Shown: positions 30,523 to 43,596 of the stretch, one piece after another
Numbering within the stretch: the stretch's first letter is position 1
Layout: each line of letters starts with the position of its first letter
Notes under the pieces: model-generated
The model's database searches: none
Told to the model about the DNA's origin: nothing
The model's input: only the letters and a program-made list of their open reading frames with translations
Position numbers and translations under genes: made by a program
Assembly: GCA_018970485.1 (NCBI GenBank)
Contig: JAGWWH010000001.1
Coordinates: forward strand, 7,137 to 71,136
Direction of reading: 5' to 3'
DNA length: 64,000 nucleotides
Origin: Pseudomonadota bacterium
GTDB taxonomy: Bacteria; Pseudomonadota; Alphaproteobacteria; Rickettsiales; UBA1997

Positions 30523-32016
30523 ATGACAGTTGTAAGTCACCTTTATCTTTTAGTTTTTTTACCCCTGATTGCTGCAGTTGTTTGTCAAATTGTTCCTAAA
30601 AATAGATTTCCTTTTTGGCTAACCATCTCTTGTTGCTTAGTTCTTTTTGCTCTAACTGCTAGCCTTCTGCCACAAATTTTGACCTACAAGAATATTGGGA
30701 ATGATTTCAATTTATCTCTTCTGTCGATTGCGCTCGAATTCAGAATTGACGTGCTCGGATACTTTTTTTTGCTTTTAATGATTTTTCTGAAAATCGTTAT
30801 TTTGCTCTTTTACAATTCAGACATTGAGAAGCTGTTAGATGAAAAAAATAGACGAACTTTTTATTCGGTTTTTTTGATCAACCTTTTTGGATTGGTTAAC
30901 ATTTTTACTACCAACAATCTCTTCAACTTGTTCGTATTTTTAGAGATTTACGCTTTCAGCTTTTTTGCCATTTCTTCTCTGTCGCGAGATCAAGAATTGT
31001 TAAAAATTTCATTTCGTGATTTTTGCTTAAATGCGGCAGCTTCTCTGCTGATCCTCTTCTGTTTTTTAATAACATATTTGGTGTTTAAGAGAAGCAGTTT
31101 TGATCAAATCATGACTGACACTAACATGTTTTTAGGCTCTAGTTTATTGCTTCCGTCAGTAATGTTGATATTTCTTGCAGTTTCTTTCTTAGTTAAATTT
31201 TTTCCCTTCTGGCTTTTCTTCTCGAAGATGAAAAGCAGCAATCTTATCGCCAATTTCTTGATTGGCGAATCGATGTTCATCAAGGGCGCTGTTGGATTTT
31301 TTTTGATGCTGAAATTTGTCTATTTTTTCTTTGGAACGGTTTTTCTTTTCGACGTTCTGAATCTAAGTTATCCTATCATATTCATCGCTATCACTCTTAT
31401 CACGTTTAGTGCAATTGGCATTTACCAACAAAAGCATTTGCAGTCGATTTCCGCTTATTTGTGTTTAAGTAACCTTGGATTTGTTCTCGCCGCGATTGGT
31501 TTGAGCAGCAGCGAATCGCTTCGCTCCGTATTTTTCTACGCACTAAATTTCAGTTTGGTTAATCTGTTTATTTTCATCTTCGCTACTTTCATGAAGCGTC
31601 ACTTCGATAGTTCGTCATTTGCAAAAATTTCTTTAATAAAAAGAGATTACCCAGCTTTAGCACTTCCTCTGAAAGTACTGATTTTTTTTATTGCTGCCTT
31701 CCCACTTACTCCACTTTTTTTTGCCAACTGGCACATGACTCACGCCAGCCTAAATCCTGGCTTTGAATCTTCTATATTGATTGGATTAGTCGCGGCAAAC
31801 TTTGCTTACCTTGAATTAGCAACTCGTTTTATTGATGCGATTTTTGTTGAAGACGACTCAATTCAAAAAACAAAACAATCAATCAGCTTCAAAAACTATC
31901 GATTCTATTTCCTATCTTTCTGGTTATTGCTTTTTGTGATTGGAGGATCGGCTTTTCTTGCGGTGTTTGTTAATAACTTATCCAAAGATTTCGCCTCTTA
32001 TTTGCTTTCAGTATGA
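30523..32016 (+). CDS. Divergent Mrp/Mnh antiporter subunit D-like protein
   Basis: About 14 TM helices; LEFRID, NLFNLFVFLEI, AYLCLSNLG, AFPLTP.F. Confidence 0.7.
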   Translation: MTVVSHLYLLVFLPLIAAVVCQIVPKNRFPFWLTISCCLVLFALTASLLPQILTYKNIGNDFNLSLLSIALEFRIDVLGYFFLLLMIFLKIVILLFYNSDIEKLLDEKNRRTFYSVFLINLFGLVNIFTTNNLFNLFVFLEIYAFSFFAISSLSRDQELLKISFRDFCLNAAASLLILFCFLITYLVFKRSSFDQIMTDTNMFLGSSLLLPSVMLIFLAVSFLVKFFPFWLFFSKMKSSNLIANFLIGESMFIKGAVGFFLMLKFVYFFFGTVFLFDVLNLSYPIIFIAITLITFSAIGIYQQKHLQSISAYLCLSNLGFVLAAIGLSSSESLRSVFFYALNFSLVNLFIFIFATFMKRHFDSSSFAKISLIKRDYPALALPLKVLIFFIAAFPLTPLFFANWHMTHASLNPGFESSILIGLVAANFAYLELATRFIDAIFVEDDSIQKTKQSISFKNYRFYFLSFWLLLFVIGGSAFLAVFVNNLSKDFASYLLSV

Positions 32017-33428
32017 CACAAATTTTATTGCTAACGCTACTCCTAATCCCACTTCTTGGCTGCGTGGTAAGTGGTTTTAAGAAAGAGAATTTTTTCCTAA
32101 AAATTTTGGAAGGAGTTTTACCGGTTTTATTTTTAGTCAATTTGATCGGCCTGCGCCAATCTCTACAAATATCGAACAATGAAGCGATTTTGTTCAATTT
32201 TTATCTCAACAGAACTTCATTTATTTTTTTATCGCTGACCAATTTTCTGTGGCTGGTTTTTACTTTTTATTCTCAGCGTTTTTGGCAAATAAATTCAGAA
32301 GAAAGATCGCATCAAATGCGGTCATTTTTTAGCATCATCGTTGCTACTTTGACTCTGATTTGTGTTAGCAAAAATCTGATGATCACCTTGTTTTTCTACA
32401 GCTGCCTAATTCTAGCAACTCAGCTTTTCGTGTTAAGATTGTTAAGATATGCCGAAGTTGGCTTTTTACGCTTCTTCAATTTTCTTCTCTATTTTGAGTC
32501 ATTTTTTTTCTTTTTAGCGATAGTTACTACCTACAAATTACTAGGTCGTCTTGATTTTCTTGAAGGAGGAATAGTTTCCGACAACCTTGGTCGTGATGAA
32601 GAAATTTTGCTTTTGATCTTTTACTTTTTTGGCCTCTTTTTTTCTGCCTTCCTGCCATATTTTCTATTTTTTCGTAAGATCAATTTTGAGCCCATCGCCA
32701 CGCATCTTTTATTCTTTTTATCTTACAGCTTAGCTAGTCTGTGCATTTTCATTAAAGTAATTGATTCGATATTTGGCTTCGACTGTTTTGCGAGAATTTT
32801 TGCGGAAAGTGATTTGGGTTTTATTGAACTGATTTTTTTGTTTAACATTCTCGCAGCTTCGCTCTTTTTGCTGTTTAGCAAGGGAATAAAGCTCTCATTT
32901 TTTTACCTATTTTTTCAGCAATTTTTCTTCGCAATTTTTGCAATTTTCTTTTTTGCAATTTTTAACCGAGAGATTGTCTATGTAAGCCTGATCTCTTTTT
33001 CTCTTTCTCTTACTTTAATTTTTTTCTGCGTTTCCAACATCTCCACCTACCTTTCAAAATCAGGAGCAAAAAGTCTTTCGGGGATTTTTTATAAATTACC
33101 GATCAGCGCAACTTTACTGATTTTTGCTCTCGTTAGTTTGGCTGGATTTTTTCCCGCAATAGGTGCGGTTGAAAAGTTCTTTTTGATCAAAGCTATTTGG
33201 CAAAAAAAAATGTGGATTTCGGCAGTAATAGTTTTGGTTAATTCGACTACGCTTCTGATTTTTTCTTTAAAAATACTTTACCATTTTTTCTCTAATTCAG
33301 AAGAAAATGTTAGCGAAGAAAATGCTGCCTTAGCTCGTGACATTGATTTTGATTCTAGGCTTATTCTTACAGCTTCCGTAACCGCTTTATTGATGTTTGC
33401 TGGTCTTTTTGTAACTAAGTTTATCTAG
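32013..33428 (+). CDS. Highly divergent Mrp D/A-like membrane subunit
   Basis: About 13 TM helices; LSGIFYKLP, SLAGFFP.IG..EKFFLI. Confidence 0.6.
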   Translation: MTQILLLTLLLIPLLGCVVSGFKKENFFLKILEGVLPVLFLVNLIGLRQSLQISNNEAILFNFYLNRTSFIFLSLTNFLWLVFTFYSQRFWQINSEERSHQMRSFFSIIVATLTLICVSKNLMITLFFYSCLILATQLFVLRLLRYAEVGFLRFFNFLLYFESFFFFLAIVTTYKLLGRLDFLEGGIVSDNLGRDEEILLLIFYFFGLFFSAFLPYFLFFRKINFEPIATHLLFFLSYSLASLCIFIKVIDSIFGFDCFARIFAESDLGFIELIFLFNILAASLFLLFSKGIKLSFFYLFFQQFFFAIFAIFFFAIFNREIVYVSLISFSLSLTLIFFCVSNISTYLSKSGAKSLSGIFYKLPISATLLIFALVSLAGFFPAIGAVEKFFLIKAIWQKKMWISAVIVLVNSTTLLIFSLKILYHFFSNSEENVSEENAALARDIDFDSRLILTASVTALLMFAGLFVTKFI

Positions 33429-33548
33429 GCTAAAACCAGAACAGACGGAGCCAATAACTTCTCTGGGGTTTTCAAATATAACTTCAGCCAAGTTAAATTT
33501 GGTTTGTCTCGCAGATTCTAAATCAAAAATCTAATTGATTAAAACTAG

Positions 33549-33586
33549 AAAGGGCCGTCTCCCGCAAAGAAGTCGGCCCTTTTTTA
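33549..33586. terminator. Probable bidirectional intrinsic terminator
   Basis: AAAGGGCCG..CGGCCCTTTTTTT between convergent genes. Confidence 0.7.
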
Positions 33587-33604
33587 TTGCGCTGAATTTA
33601 CGAA

Positions 33605-34825
33605 CTATTCTTTTTTAGCTAAAAATTTGGCTAATAAATTTTTGCCTTGCTCAGTCTGGGCTAAACCTTCCAGAATTCCACCGATCTCCGTTCCGCCTTT
33701 AGCAGAAAAGACATCCATAATTTTAGTTACTCCACCAGCCACATCTCCACTATTTGCGATCACCTTTAGATCTGCTTCTTTTAAGGCTTCGGCTTGTTTC
33801 ATGCCAATGGCTTGATCAGCTTCAATCTTGCGAATTGAAAGTAGGTAATGTTGGTAATTCTGATTCTCGCCGATCTCTTTCGCCAAAGTAATTTGAGCAG
33901 AAATTGGTGCTAGCTGCATTGCTTTTTCTGCGTCCGCTTTTGCTTCACCCTCGGTCTTGATACCTTCAGCGCCAAGCTTTTGTGCCTGCAAATTACCTTC
34001 AGCTTGTAGGATGGATTTTTGTTTAGCTCCTTCGACTTCAATGATACTTTTTTGTTTCTCACCTTCTGCGATTACGACGCCGGATTGTTTAGCTTGCTCA
34101 GCCTGAACTAAGTTTTTCTCTTTTTCGATCTCGGCTTTTTTAACTTCTTCAACGCGCAAAACATTCATCTCTTTTTCTTTAGTAAGCCTTTGCTGCTCTT
34201 TGATTTCTTGAGCTGAAACCTCGACAGAAATTCCGATCTGCTTGTCTGTTTCAGCCTTTCTTTGACCTATTTCTTGTAGAGCTTGTTGCTCTTGTAGTGA
34301 TGTTAATTTCTAGCTTCAATCTCAGCAATTTGCGCTGCCTGCATATTTTTTGCGACCTCGGTACGAGATTCCATCTCGATGTGAGATTTTTTCTTCTCCA
34401 TGATATTTTTGATCACGTAGCTATCTTTGTGATCTCTGATGTCCATCAACTCAATGTTCTTAACGGTTGAAACACCCCAGTTTGATAGCTGTCCACTAAC
34501 TTCTTTGGTAAATTCTTCACCAAATTTTGAACGTCCTTGCATGATTTCTTCGATCTCATTGCTTGCAAGAATGGTGCGTACCGCGCCTTGCACCACGGCC
34601 TGAAGTTGTCCGTGTAATTCTTCAAAAGATGCAACACGCTGTGCCGCGACATCGCTACTGGTAATTCTGAAGAAGGCTTTCACATCAATTACGAACGGTA
34701 GTCGACCCTTGTCGTAAGCCTCGTATCCAGATAAATCCAAATCAAAAACACTTACGGGGGCAAAACAGTTTTTGTAATACCGATGATTGGCAGTGCTGCG
34801 TGCCATTCGTAGTAGGTATTTCCGA
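33605..34825 (-). pseudogene. SPFH/Band 7 (flotillin-like) pseudogene
   Basis: GNTYYEW..LPIIG, YEAYDKGRLPF, NIELMDIRD, coiled-coil C-terminus; frameshifts near 34760 and 34305; N-terminal TM missing. Confidence 0.8.
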
Positions 34826-34912
34826 ATAAGAAATTGCAGCGGCACACAAAGCGCCGAAGGGAATTAAGAAAACTGAGCTTTGTGGGAGTTAGTTTTTTAG
34901 TTAAGTGGGAAA

Positions 34913-35929
34913 TTAAAGACCGTGTTTTTTCACCAAGATTTCTGCGATTTGAACCGCGTTTAACGCCGCACCTTTTCTCAAGTTGTCAGAAACAACCCAG
35001 AGTGACAGGCCGTTAGCAACTGATTCATCTTTTCTGATTCTAGAGACAAAAGTTGCATCTTTGGTCGAAGCTTCAATCGGAGTGATGAACATCATGTCTT
35101 TCGGGCGATCAATCACAATCACGCCTTCAGCTTTTTCCAAAGCAGCTCTGGCTTGAGCAACGGTAATTGGTTTTTCGAACTCAATATTAACGGCTTCTGA
35201 GTGACAGTTGAAAACCGGCACGCGCACGCAGGTTGCTTCAACTTTGATGTCAGAGCCTAGAATTTTTTGCGTCTCAACTTTCATTTTCCATTCTTCCTTA
35301 GTCACGCCGTCATCCATGAAGGAATCGATTTGCGGAATGACGTTGAAGGCGATTCTTTTGCTGAATTTTTTTGGTTCAGAAAAGCTGTTTGAGTAAATCT
35401 TTTTGGTTGAGTCGTAAAGTTCATCCATCGCCTCTTTACCCGCGCCAGACACGGCTTGGTAAGTTGCAACAACGATGCGTTTAATTTTCGCGATGTCGTG
35501 CAAAGGCTTCAAAGCCACAACCATTTGAATAGTTGAGCAGTTAGGATTGGCGATGATTCCAGATTTTTTGTAATCGCCGATTGCTTTTGGATTAACCTCA
35601 GGAACGACAAGAGGAACATTCTCATCCATTCTAAAATGCGAAGTGTTGTCGATGACCACGCAACCTTGCGCCGCAGCTCTTGGAGCGTGAATGGCAGAAA
35701 CTTTTCCACCTGGCGAAAACAAACCAATTGCGGTTCCAGTGAAATCATACTCATCCAAAACTTGAACGGTTAAATCCTTGTTGCCGTAGGAAACTTTTTG
35801 ACCACGAGAATTGTGTGAGGCGAGGGCAACGACTTCATCGGCAGGGAATTTTCTTTCCACCAAGATGTTGAGAATTTCGCGACCGACATTTCCAGTCGCG
35901 CCAGCGACGGCGATTTTACGAGGAGCCAT
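34913..35929 (-). CDS. asd: Aspartate-semialdehyde dehydrogenase
   Basis: GATGNVG, NPNCST, YQAVSGAG, DNLRKGAALN. Confidence 0.97.
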   Translation of the reverse strand: MAPRKIAVAGATGNVGREILNILVERKFPADEVVALASHNSRGQKVSYGNKDLTVQVLDEYDFTGTAIGLFSPGGKVSAIHAPRAAAQGCVVIDNTSHFRMDENVPLVVPEVNPKAIGDYKKSGIIANPNCSTIQMVVALKPLHDIAKIKRIVVATYQAVSGAGKEAMDELYDSTKKIYSNSFSEPKKFSKRIAFNVIPQIDSFMDDGVTKEEWKMKVETQKILGSDIKVEATCVRVPVFNCHSEAVNIEFEKPITVAQARAALEKAEGVIVIDRPKDMMFITPIEASTKDATFVSRIRKDESVANGLSLWVVSDNLRKGAALNAVQIAEILVKKHGL

Positions 35930-35940
35930 GTTTTAGAGAA

Positions 35941-36948
35941 TTAGAATTTTAGGATTGCGGCGACATCAAGCATACGCTTTGAGAAGCCCCATTCATTGTC
36001 ATACCAAGAAGCGACTTTAACCATGTTGCCGCCGATGACTTTAGTTTGTGTTACGTCGAAGCAAGAGCTGTAGCTGCTGTGATTGAAGTCAATCGAGACC
36101 AAAGGCTCGGTAACGATTTGGAGAATTTCTTTCATTGCGCCGGTCGCGGCCTTCTTCACTGCTTCGTTGATTTCCTCTTTAGTGGTGTCTTTTTTAGCGA
36201 TGAAGTTGAGATCAACCATTGAGACGTTAGCCGTTGGTACGCGCACTGCGCCGCCATCTAACTTACCCTTCAATTCTGGCAGAACTAATCCAAGCGCTTT
36301 TGCTGCGCCAGTTGAAGTTGGAATCATCGACATCGCGCAAGCTCGGGCGCGACGTAGGTCTTTGTGAGAATTATCAACAATGTTTTGATCGTTGGTGTAA
36401 GCGTGAATTGTAGTCATGAAACCTTTCTCAATTCCAACTGCGTCATTCAAAGCTTTAGCGATTGGAGCTAGGCAATTCGTGGTGCAAGAGCCGACAGAAA
36501 TAACTTTGTCATCAGCTTGCAACATTTCATTATTTACGCCGTAAACGATGGTTCGAACTGAATCTTCTTTTGCTGGAGCAGAGATGATTACTTTTTTTGC
36601 TCCTGCGGTTAGGTGTTGAGAGGCGTCATCGTAACTTGTAAAAGCGCCAGTGCATTCGAGAACGACATCAATTTTCAAATCAGCCCAAGGTAATTTTTTT
36701 GGATCGCGTTCGCCGAAAAGTTTTACTTGCTTGCCATCGATGACTAATGCGCCTTGGCCAGCTTCTACCGATTTAGAAAAGCGCCCATGAATTGAATCAT
36801 ACCTCAACAAGTGAACCTGAGTTTCGATCGGAGCTGGTCCATTAACAGCAACAAGTTCGATATTCGAGTAACGAGGATCTTCAAAAATTGCGCGAGTTAC
36901 GCAGCGGCCAATTCTGCCTAGGCCATTGATGGCAATACGAATAGTCAT
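35941..36948 (-). CDS. gap: Glyceraldehyde-3-phosphate dehydrogenase
   Basis: INGLGRIGR, SCTTNCLAP, WYDNEWGFS. Confidence 0.97.
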   Translation of the reverse strand: MTIRIAINGLGRIGRCVTRAIFEDPRYSNIELVAVNGPAPIETQVHLLRYDSIHGRFSKSVEAGQGALVIDGKQVKLFGERDPKKLPWADLKIDVVLECTGAFTSYDDASQHLTAGAKKVIISAPAKEDSVRTIVYGVNNEMLQADDKVISVGSCTTNCLAPIAKALNDAVGIEKGFMTTIHAYTNDQNIVDNSHKDLRRARACAMSMIPTSTGAAKALGLVLPELKGKLDGGAVRVPTANVSMVDLNFIAKKDTTKEEINEAVKKAATGAMKEILQIVTEPLVSIDFNHSSYSSCFDVTQTKVIGGNMVKVASWYDNEWGFSKRMLDVAAILKF

Positions 36949-37427
36949 TATTTTTTATGTTGGGAGTTACGGCTATTTAGGTAGCCAAGAGCACTTCTGA
37001 AATCACGTAAATTTAACTTAACAGTGATCTCTTTTTCCGAGTCGCGCACGTTAAAACGTAAGAACAAAAATTCGCCGTTTTTCATTTGAGTAAACAGAGA
37101 ATTTTTCTGCAAATCATCGAAAGGCACTAAGCCAAAGTCTCGATCACTAATGTTTCGAGAGAGAAGAAGATCATTTTGATCGGCACGTATTTTCACGAAG
37201 CTACCCACCTGAACCTGAGGAATAATCACAAAAAATTGATTCATTGATTTTGACATCGGTTGAATCGTGATTGCTGACGCATTGTCGTAAAATTTTGCGG
37301 CAATTTTGCAGTGGGAAATTCCCATCATTTCATCGATTTCGCAAAAAACCTTCCAATCACCGAAGGCTTTTTCTTCATTGCGTAAATCGATAATTTCTGC
37401 CCAAGCATTTTTTTGAATGGCGTTAAA
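36948..37427 (-). CDS. Invasion-associated locus B (IalB)-like exported protein
   Basis: Signal peptide, FGDWKVFC..C, LNLRDFRSAL; ORF track starts at 37469 and the true start is uncertain. Confidence 0.65.
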   Translation of the reverse strand, partial: FNAIQKNAWAEIIDLRNEEKAFGDWKVFCEIDEMMGISHCKIAAKFYDNASAITIQPMSKSMNQFFVIIPQVQVGSFVKIRADQNDLLLSRNISDRDFGLVPFDDLQKNSLFTQMKNGEFLFLRFNVRDSEKEITVKLNLRDFRSALGYLNSRNSQHKK

Positions 37428-37467
37428 ACAAAGCGTCATTAAAAAAACCGTAAACAAAATTTGTCTC

Positions 37468-37737
37468 ATGATGGTTATCTATGGAATGTTGATTTTCTTG
37501 TGTTCGGCGGGGGTTTTGAATCTTTTTCTTTTGCAAAATTACATCAGAAAAATTTTCTCACTTGCAGTTACTTACAGCAGTTTTTCGATTTTGATGATTT
37601 TGCTTTTTCTAAAAAACGAAAATCTCAACGAGACGCTAATGCTAATGTTTAGTATTTTTACGGTTTTCTCGACCAATCTTTTTGTTGGTATTGGAATCGT
37701 AAAAAATATTAGCGAAGCGCAAAAATCTGAAAATTAG
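37468..37737 (+). CDS. Mrp subunit C-like small membrane protein (divergent)
   Basis: 3 TM helices; QNYIRKIFSL resembles MrpC/NuoK. Confidence 0.5.
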   Translation: MMVIYGMLIFLCSAGVLNLFLLQNYIRKIFSLAVTYSSFSILMILLFLKNENLNETLMLMFSIFTVFSTNLFVGIGIVKNISEAQKSEN

Positions 37738-37880
37738 TTTTTTTTCTTTAGCTCTTCCATGATCTTCTTTCTAAGCTCGATGGTGTGAACTTCGATCGTT
37801 TCCAAGAGATCAAGAATGTGCTGAGCTTCTTTGGAAATTTCGCTAAGTTCATTCTCTTTGATGATTGGCTGAGTTTTCAT
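37734..37880 (-). CDS. Small coiled-coil hypothetical protein (48 aa, not in ORF track)
   Basis: MKTQPIIKENELSEISKEAQHILDLLETIEVHTIELRKKIMEELKKKN*, fills the gap between neighbours. Confidence 0.55.
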   Translation of the reverse strand: MKTQPIIKENELSEISKEAQHILDLLETIEVHTIELRKKIMEELKKKN

Positions 37881-37927
37881 GACTGAAGTTGATTCAAGTT
37901 AAATTAAGAAAGATCAAGATCCGGCCA

Positions 37928-40481
<2,554 letters not shown>

Positions 40482-40538
40482 AATTTTTCTAGTCGAAATT
40501 TTTGAGTTGGAGCGAAAGGTTTCGAAACTAAATTTTAA

Positions 40539-41135
40539 ATGAAAACGAAGAAATTTTTACTGACATTACTCCTTGTCACAATCTCCTCTTGCGCCTTAAC
40601 CAGTGCGATGTGGAACAAGAAATACAACGACACCATTAGGAACTTTTTCGTCAGCGCCGACGGAAAATACATCGCCTTTCTTGGTCAAAATTTTCACTAC
40701 GTTCTTTCCGATGATTCAAATATTTTAAAACTGATTTTGTCTTGGAATGGTCGTAGCGCAATCTTCATCAACACCGAAAAAACCGAGTTACGTTTGGACA
40801 GAAACAACAACATTAGCGGCGACGTGGTGATTGAATGTTTCGAGTCAAAAACTTTGCTCAAAGAAGACCGAGTTTTGCTCACTTCGCTGGGCTTTCGCAG
40901 AAATAATTACAACGGCGAGCTGACGCTGAGACTCAAGATTTCTGGCAAAAGATATTTACCAAGAAGCGACGTTGTTTACGGAGTTTCGTCGTTAAGACGT
41001 TTTTACGTGATTTCGATTAAACAGGGTCGAGGCGTCGGCGCTTCAATCGCGATGACTGCTTTAACGCCAATTACAGTGACAGTTGATGGAGTGATTCTGC
41101 TTGGAAAAATAATTCTAATGCCCTTTGGAGATTAG
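40539..41135 (+). CDS. Hypothetical lipoprotein
   Basis: Lipobox-like ISSC; C-terminal ALTPITVTVDG hydrophobic segment. Confidence 0.7.
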   Translation: MKTKKFLLTLLLVTISSCALTSAMWNKKYNDTIRNFFVSADGKYIAFLGQNFHYVLSDDSNILKLILSWNGRSAIFINTEKTELRLDRNNNISGDVVIECFESKTLLKEDRVLLTSLGFRRNNYNGELTLRLKISGKRYLPRSDVVYGVSSLRRFYVISIKQGRGVGASIAMTALTPITVTVDGVILLGKIILMPFGD

Positions 41136-41250
41136 ACTTAAAAACGACCACTTCTTGCGATTTTTGACAGAGCACCCCTCTTGAGACCTTGATTACATTG
41201 AATCGCCAAAAAAAGATAAAATTTGCCCGCGGGCAAAAATTGCCTAAAAA

Positions 41251-41988
41251 CTACCTCACAAACACAAAGTTTTCTTCATCCGACATCTCTTTTTCAAATT
41301 TGTAATTCTCAATTTTGAAATTTTTTAACTCCTGCGCATCGGTTAATTTATTTTTGATGATGAAGTTACTCATTAGTCCGCGAGCCTTCTTGGCGTTGAT
41401 TCCGACAATTTTGTAAACACCATTTTTATTTTCTTTGAAAATGACGTTGATGATTTTTGCAGAAATTTTTTTTGGATTTACAGCGGAGAAATATTCTTCA
41501 GAAGCTAAATTAATGATCTGCTTCGCGCCTTGAGCGTCAAGGTATTGCGAGATTTTTTCACTCCAGAATTTGCAAAGATTTAAACTACTCGTACCCATTT
41601 CTAAGCGGTAAGGCTGCATTAAATCCAGAGGGCGCAAAATGCCGTAAAATCCTGAGAGAATGCGTAAATGTTTTTGGGCAAAATCGAAATCTGCGGCACT
41701 GAATTTTTCCACTTCGATTGGTTTGTAAACATCGCCATCAAAGGCTAGAAGAGCTTGTTTGGAATTTTGAAATGTGAATTTGTCGGAAAATTTTTTGAAT
41801 CTTTCGTGATTTAATTCGGCCAATTTTTTACTGACTCCCATCAATTTTTCCAAATCCAGAACCGAAAATTTTCTAAGTTTTGTGACAAGCTCTTTGGTTT
41901 CGTTACTGAAATGTGGAGTCGTAAAATTTGAGTAAGAAAAGCCAGATTCGTAATTCAGCGACTTGGCTGGAGAGATTAAAATCAACAT
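41251..41988 (-). CDS. yaaA: Peroxide stress protein YaaA
   Basis: ISPAKSL, ILSGFYGILRPLD..PYRLEMGT, NLASEEY, AKKARG. Confidence 0.95.
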   Translation of the reverse strand: MLILISPAKSLNYESGFSYSNFTTPHFSNETKELVTKLRKFSVLDLEKLMGVSKKLAELNHERFKKFSDKFTFQNSKQALLAFDGDVYKPIEVEKFSAADFDFAQKHLRILSGFYGILRPLDLMQPYRLEMGTSSLNLCKFWSEKISQYLDAQGAKQIINLASEEYFSAVNPKKISAKIINVIFKENKNGVYKIVGINAKKARGLMSNFIIKNKLTDAQELKNFKIENYKFEKEMSDEENFVFVR

Positions 41989-43526
41989 TGCTCGACCTCT
42001 TTAGAAATTCTTTCCAGATTACTTTGAATCTGTTTTTTGTTTACTTTTTTCCCAACAAAAATTCTGCAAGCGAGGTAGGAAATTGTGACGATGAAAATGT
42101 TGTCGATGGGAAAAAGAATCATTTTTTCTTGATGTAAAAATTTGATCGCAAGCAGAGCTAGCAAGTATGCGGAGATGAAAAAATTAGACTTTAGCGAGTT
42201 AATCAAATGAGTGGGTTTTTTCTCGATTAACAAAATGTGAATCAAAATTAATGCGCCGGTTAGTGCGGCGAGGTAAATTAAATTGCGAATGTTTGACCAG
42301 TAAATCAGCAAGCTACAGCAGGCAAAACCGCCGTAACCAATGAGTTTGTAAGCAAGTAATTTGAACGGTCGATTCAGCTCTGGAAGCTCTTGGCGCAAAA
42401 CAATCAAAACAATTGGTCCAGCTAAGTAAGAAAAAACTACGACCGAAGAAAGAAAATCGACAAGCTGTTGCCAAGTTGGAAATGGTAGCAAAAAACCAGC
42501 TCCGACAAAGGCGTTGAACCAGAGGCAGTAAGCGGGAGAGGAAAATTTGTTTAATTTGTTGAAAGGAGTTTTTGGGAAAAAATCTTTCGCCAATCCCAAC
42601 AAAATTCTTGAAGTTGCCGCAGTGTAAACATTGGCGGTGCCAAGTGGCGCAAGGACGGCGTCGATGAATAAAATATTAATGACGACATGAATTCCAAACA
42701 AAGAAACTATTCCAAGTAAAGGCGCGGCGCTGCCGGAGGGAATTTTTTTGTCACCAAGACAAGCGATGTAAATCAACGAAAGTGAAGAGTACAAAATCAA
42801 GCCGATCAAAATTGGAGCGAAAAGAGAGTAGGGCAGAGCCTTTCTTGGATTTGAAGTGCTGTTGGCTAAAATTAGACCATTTTGAAATCCCGTAAAAGCA
42901 AAAGCTAAGCCACTTCCGGTGATTGCGAGCAAGGATTTTTCTAAAGAAAATTCGTGATGAAGATTGACGAAGTTAACATTTTCCCAACTACCAAACAAAG
43001 CGATGAGAACCCAAGCAATTGCAATTGGAGCTAAAATTTTCCAAATGCTGACCAGCGAATTAACTCGCGCGACATTCTTAAGTAAAAAGCAATTGAACCA
43101 AGTAAGTAGGGTGATCAAAGCAAAAGAAACGAAGAGACCAATTTTGCTAAGAGTAATTCCAGCTTGGTTTTCGATTACTAAATCATTGCACCAAAAGCTA
43201 AAATATTGCATCGCTGACTGTACTTCGATCGGCAAGTAAACTACGTAACTCAACCAGCCGACAGCTAAAAATACGAAAGAAGTAGTGCGGTTGTGAGTGA
43301 TGCCGATGAAGCGAGAAAGGCCGCCAACAATGGGGGCGATGGTTATTACTTCAGCAAAGGTAAGCGCGATGATGAGAGTTAAAATTGCAACAATTAGCCA
43401 AGAGAGAAGTACGCCAACACCAGCAGTTTCGAAGCCGTAGTAAGGAGAAAAAAGCCAGCCGCAGCCAATCATTCCGCCGGTCGACATTAGCATTAACTGC
43501 GCGGTGCTGAGTTTGTTGTTTTTCAT
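41982..43526 (-). CDS. APC-family amino acid permease
   Basis: GGMIGCGWLF, FAFTGFQ, RPFKL; start taken at MKNNKLST. Confidence 0.85.
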   Translation of the reverse strand: MKNNKLSTAQLMLMSTGGMIGCGWLFSPYYGFETAGVGVLLSWLIVAILTLIIALTFAEVITIAPIVGGLSRFIGITHNRTTSFVFLAVGWLSYVVYLPIEVQSAMQYFSFWCNDLVIENQAGITLSKIGLFVSFALITLLTWFNCFLLKNVARVNSLVSIWKILAPIAIAWVLIALFGSWENVNFVNLHHEFSLEKSLLAITGSGLAFAFTGFQNGLILANSTSNPRKALPYSLFAPILIGLILYSSLSLIYIACLGDKKIPSGSAAPLLGIVSLFGIHVVINILFIDAVLAPLGTANVYTAATSRILLGLAKDFFPKTPFNKLNKFSSPAYCLWFNAFVGAGFLLPFPTWQQLVDFLSSVVVFSYLAGPIVLIVLRQELPELNRPFKLLAYKLIGYGGFACCSLLIYWSNIRNLIYLAALTGALILIHILLIEKKPTHLINSLKSNFFISAYLLALLAIKFLHQEKMILFPIDNIFIVTISYLACRIFVGKKVNKKQIQSNLERISKEVEQC

Positions 43527-43545
43527 CTGTTGGGAAATTTTAAGT

Positions 43546-43587
43546 AAAAAAAAGAGGGAGTGAATCGGGTTCACCCCCTCTTTTTAT
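43546..43587 (-). terminator. Intrinsic terminator after fabI
   Basis: AAAAAAAAGAGGGAGTGAA..TTCACCCCCTCTTTTT hairpin with T run on the minus strand. Confidence 0.75.
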
Positions 43588-43596
43588 TTGGTCGAA

